Assembly (NCBI GenBank): GCA_963693365.1
Contig: CAVNZM010000009.1
Span: 9,405,408-9,469,407 of the forward strand
From: Amoebidium appalachense
Lineage: Eukaryota; Protista; Ichthyosporea
DNA: 64,000 bases
Direction: 5' to 3'
Within the stretch, counting starts at the first letter, position 1. Every line of letters begins with the position of its first letter. Made by a program: the position numbers and the translations under genes. Below are positions 60,650 through 64,000 of the stretch, in pieces. The notes beneath the pieces were generated by a model. The model was not told the origin of the DNA, ran no database searches, and saw only the letters and a program-made list of their open reading frames with translations.

Positions 60650-62733
60650 GTTGGCCTACAGCTTGTCTCGTTCAAAGCAAAAGAGGTACACTCGGTATAC
60701 TCTAGCCAAACGTGAGTGATCGTTTTGCTGTTTGTTCGAGACTGGATCCCACATAAATGGCACGGGGCGCCGGGGCTCGAAATGCATAATCGGCTGCTCG
60801 AACAGATCTCCTAGCCTCGATCTCTCTCTCTCTCTCTTTTTCTTTTTGTAGAAAATTGAGATAGTCCAATAAGTGCAAGTTAAGTGAGACTAACCCAGAT
60901 TTTGGATTTATAGCAGAGCTTGTGAAAGAAGGTCCTATCAAAAAAATTTAACACCTTTTAATGGTTTATTTCTGTGCTCTTATGTGCTGTAACGTGAATC
61001 AATGCTCACAAATGCTGCATCATTCGTACTTTCGTTGACAAATTCCCTTAGATATACACTAGATATGTTTTTAGGATTCGTGTTTTCGGCTGACTCTGAG
61101 CACTGCCACTGTCGTTAGCTAATGCTACCCCTACATATTTTGCTAATACCACGACGCAGGTCGGGCATTAATAACTATTCAATACGTAGTTATCTCCGGA
61201 AAATCTGTTAGCGTGTTGCAGCTGTATGGCTGGTAGCTATGGTTGGTTTGGTGTACATACGTCCATATATACACATCTGGTGGTATATGTACAATACATT
61301 ATCCTCGAGATGTAATACCTGAGTATAGGGAGACGCTCGAAGCTGATTCGACGAATGATTGGACAGCCGAACTCCCCCTAACATCCGCCTCTGGGGTGTG
61401 TCGGCATGTAATGTTTCTTTTACTAAATGTGCAATGTACATGCATTCTTGTAAGTTGTAACGAATGATTGCGTATCATGTGACAAATTAAGACAGTTATT
61501 CTCGATGAAGAAAAACAAGTTGATGGGTGTCTTCTGTTTCCTTAACATGCTCTATGGCTGTAACGGTTAAACGATTCATTAGAAAGAACCCAGAGTGCAA
61601 TGACACATCGGAAATTCTCTGTATCTCTCAGAATATTGCTCAATAGTCACTGGGGATCCTTGGCGTCAAATCCACGGCCCTCTGAACACACGGCCTTGGC
61701 GCGGGAGATTAGTGTAACGTCATCGATTTTAGATTCAACTGTCATGCATAGCAAGAAGCGACTGCAAAGCAAAACCGTAGGGCACACTAACCGAAAAACA
61801 ATAAAGTAACAACAACATTCGTGCAGTACATACATACATACATATTTATACAATTTTGATACATATTTTATGGCATTTTCTACTACTGGGCGCTCACAGT
61901 GCCAGCTCCGCTTCCTCCTCATCTACCTCACATGTAGCCTAAGTAGATCTGCCTCTCTAGCCAGGCCGAGCATCCTGAGTTGCTGCAATATCAGCGAGAA
62001 ATAAGAGTGGTTCAAAGCTGATCGTGTTTGTTGGTAGGTTTCGAGTACTACTGCTTGTGTCACTAATGCCAGCCTTTTCCTTCTCTTCCCTCTCATGAGC
62101 GCATGTTGTTTGGTTTTTCCTCGCTCTAGCTGGCATGTTTGTGCTACCACACCGTGGTTTCTCGATTTTCGCAGCACCCAGGCAGGCTGCAATCTCGCTC
62201 AGCATTCGCTGCACTAGATGTCAAAAGTCGTGCTGGGCTTCTTCAACTTCTGAGAGGCAATCCGCCTTCCCCCTTCCCCTCCTCCCCCCACTGTATACAT
62301 ATCTCTCTTCCTCTCATGCCCCCATACTTACTCTCCTTTTCTAACTCACTGCTCTTGTCCCGTGTCACACTCACACATACACAAAATGTAACGCTGTCCC
62401 CTGCTCCCTCCTCCCTCTTCCCTCTTTCCTCCGTCCGTCCCTGTCTTTCCTCTCTCGCTTCTACCCCCCCCCCCCCCCCCCGTCCCTGCCCCTCAATATG
62501 TTATAGATGGCCTATCATGGAATATATGCCTCCCTCCTGTTCCCCTTTTCTTTCTTTCTTCCTCCAGGCTCTGTGTCTTGTCAATGCAGAAACCCTCCTA
62601 CAAAGAAATTCATATACTAGTCTTTAAACCCCACCCTTCCCCACTCCCCCCCTCCCCCTCCCTCATTCTCTAAAGCTTCCCCTGCCTCCATCCCTCGGCC
62701 TGAGTCGATCTGTCCCCTCTTTCCTCCGCGGGA

Positions 62734-62792
<59 letters not shown>

Positions 62793-63153
62793 AGTCTCTC
62801 TCCCATCCCTTCCCCCCTCACACCCACACACTCTCCCTCCCTCCTTCCCGGCTCCCCTCCCCCCCCCCCCCAAACCTCTGTCCCCTTCTCTCTTCTCGCA
62901 CTTCCGCTTTCTGTCTCTCTATCACCCTCCTCCTATGCCTCTTCGGGGCCCCCCCAGTCCCTGTGTCTGTTGACGCAAGCAACCCCATGGCCCGCAAAAA
63001 AGCTCAACTCGAAGTTCCCTCCCTCCTCCCCCCCCCCCCCTCCCCCTCTCTCCCCTGCCTCCTTTCCTCCCCCAGCCTTCCTCACTCTCTCCCTCCCTTG
63101 GCCTTTCTCCCTCCTTCCCTTTTCCTCACACAACTACACTCTCGCCAACGGTC

Positions 63154-63191
<38 letters not shown>

Positions 63192-64000
63192 CGCCCCCCC
63201 CCCCTCCATCTCTTGCTCACGCTCTCGCTCCACCCTCCCCCCTCCCCACCCCTCTCACACTCGCTCGCCCCCCCCCCCCCCCCCCCCCCCCCTCCACCTC
63301 CTCCGGTATGGTTGGCACAGACGGCTCAGTGTATACACTTCTGTGCTTCAGTGTTGCTGTTGTTTTGGACTGGCAATTTCAGTCATCAGCTGGGCCACGT
63401 GAAGGATGCATAGGTTCTGCCCTGAAGTTTCGCAGACAGCATCTATACATAAAGGTTATCAGCGTTCACATTGTTTGGCACAATAGTTTCAAAGGCCGCT
63501 TAAAAAGCGTGTTTGCCTTCGTGGCAGCATATGATGATGTAAGTTGTTCTTCACACAGAGACGGGTCCAACTAATAAATGTGAAGCTTGCGAACACGTTC
63601 AGAATCAAGCTGGCTGTCTTTCCTTTCAGCGTTCCTCATCTGCGATTCTACATTATTATTATGTCTGTGCCTTTTTTATATTTACTGTTTTCTAAAACAA
63701 GGGTGAGTACTACATAGGCACTTGAAAGTAACAGCTTTCAAGTGACCGTTACGGGAGGCACCAGTCAGCCAGTCATATGACAAGGCGTCAGAGTCGACAC
63801 CCTCCCGCCGGACGCAGCAATCTATGTAATCAGTTGAATCTTGAGAGTTGCTCACGAGTGACGTTCAGGACCAAGGTCGTGAGTTCAGAGGGCCGTGTTT
63901 ACATCCCAGTCAGCGTCAAATTTCGCTCAGCCAATCACAGGGGCCAAATCGACCATAAACCGCGTGATTTTTGATCAATGAATAGGGCGGGTTGCTATGG

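Noticed and set aside
61640-63980. Candidate exons at the right end (61647-62214 minus; ATGGCCCGCAAAAAA at 62987 plus)
   Set aside because: Interrupted or low-complexity frames with no recognisable domain; not supportable without transcripts.

Overview
Eukaryotic nuclear DNA (protist-like; not identifiable to taxon from sequence alone). It has GT-AG spliceosomal introns packed with (GT)n/(CA)n/(GA)n microsatellites and G/C homopolymers, so most of the supplied ORFs are repeat artefacts. In order along the window: the 3' eight exons of a SANT/Myb-domain gene (+, ~239-9100); a hAT-type MITE; a spliced pogo/CENP-B-like transposase relic; an AP2-domain ORF; a mitochondrial insertion (tRNA cluster plus 5' nad3); a young chromodomain Ty3/gypsy element (17565-23771) inserted in a LINE 3' end; a nested MITE/foldback structure; a complete 5-exon FCP1/NIF-like HAD gene; a UBR-family E3 ligase remnant interrupted by a young Ty1/copia element (35186-41957); two LTRs of a third family; and a large, poorly resolved minus-strand gene (~47.3-60.6 kb). 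The strongest signal is that none of the three LTR families has a tRNA 3'-end primer site. The gypsy PBS matches the first ~15-16 nt of tRNA-Ala, implying a D-loop-cleaved 5' fragment as primer, and the element has an in-frame UAG gag/pol junction. The other two match the tRNA-iMet anticodon arm. Also notable: the copia insertion rebuilds the splice acceptor it landed in, and many 3' splice sites use (CA)n instead of a polypyrimidine tract. Many single frameshifts fall in homopolymers and may be long-read errors.
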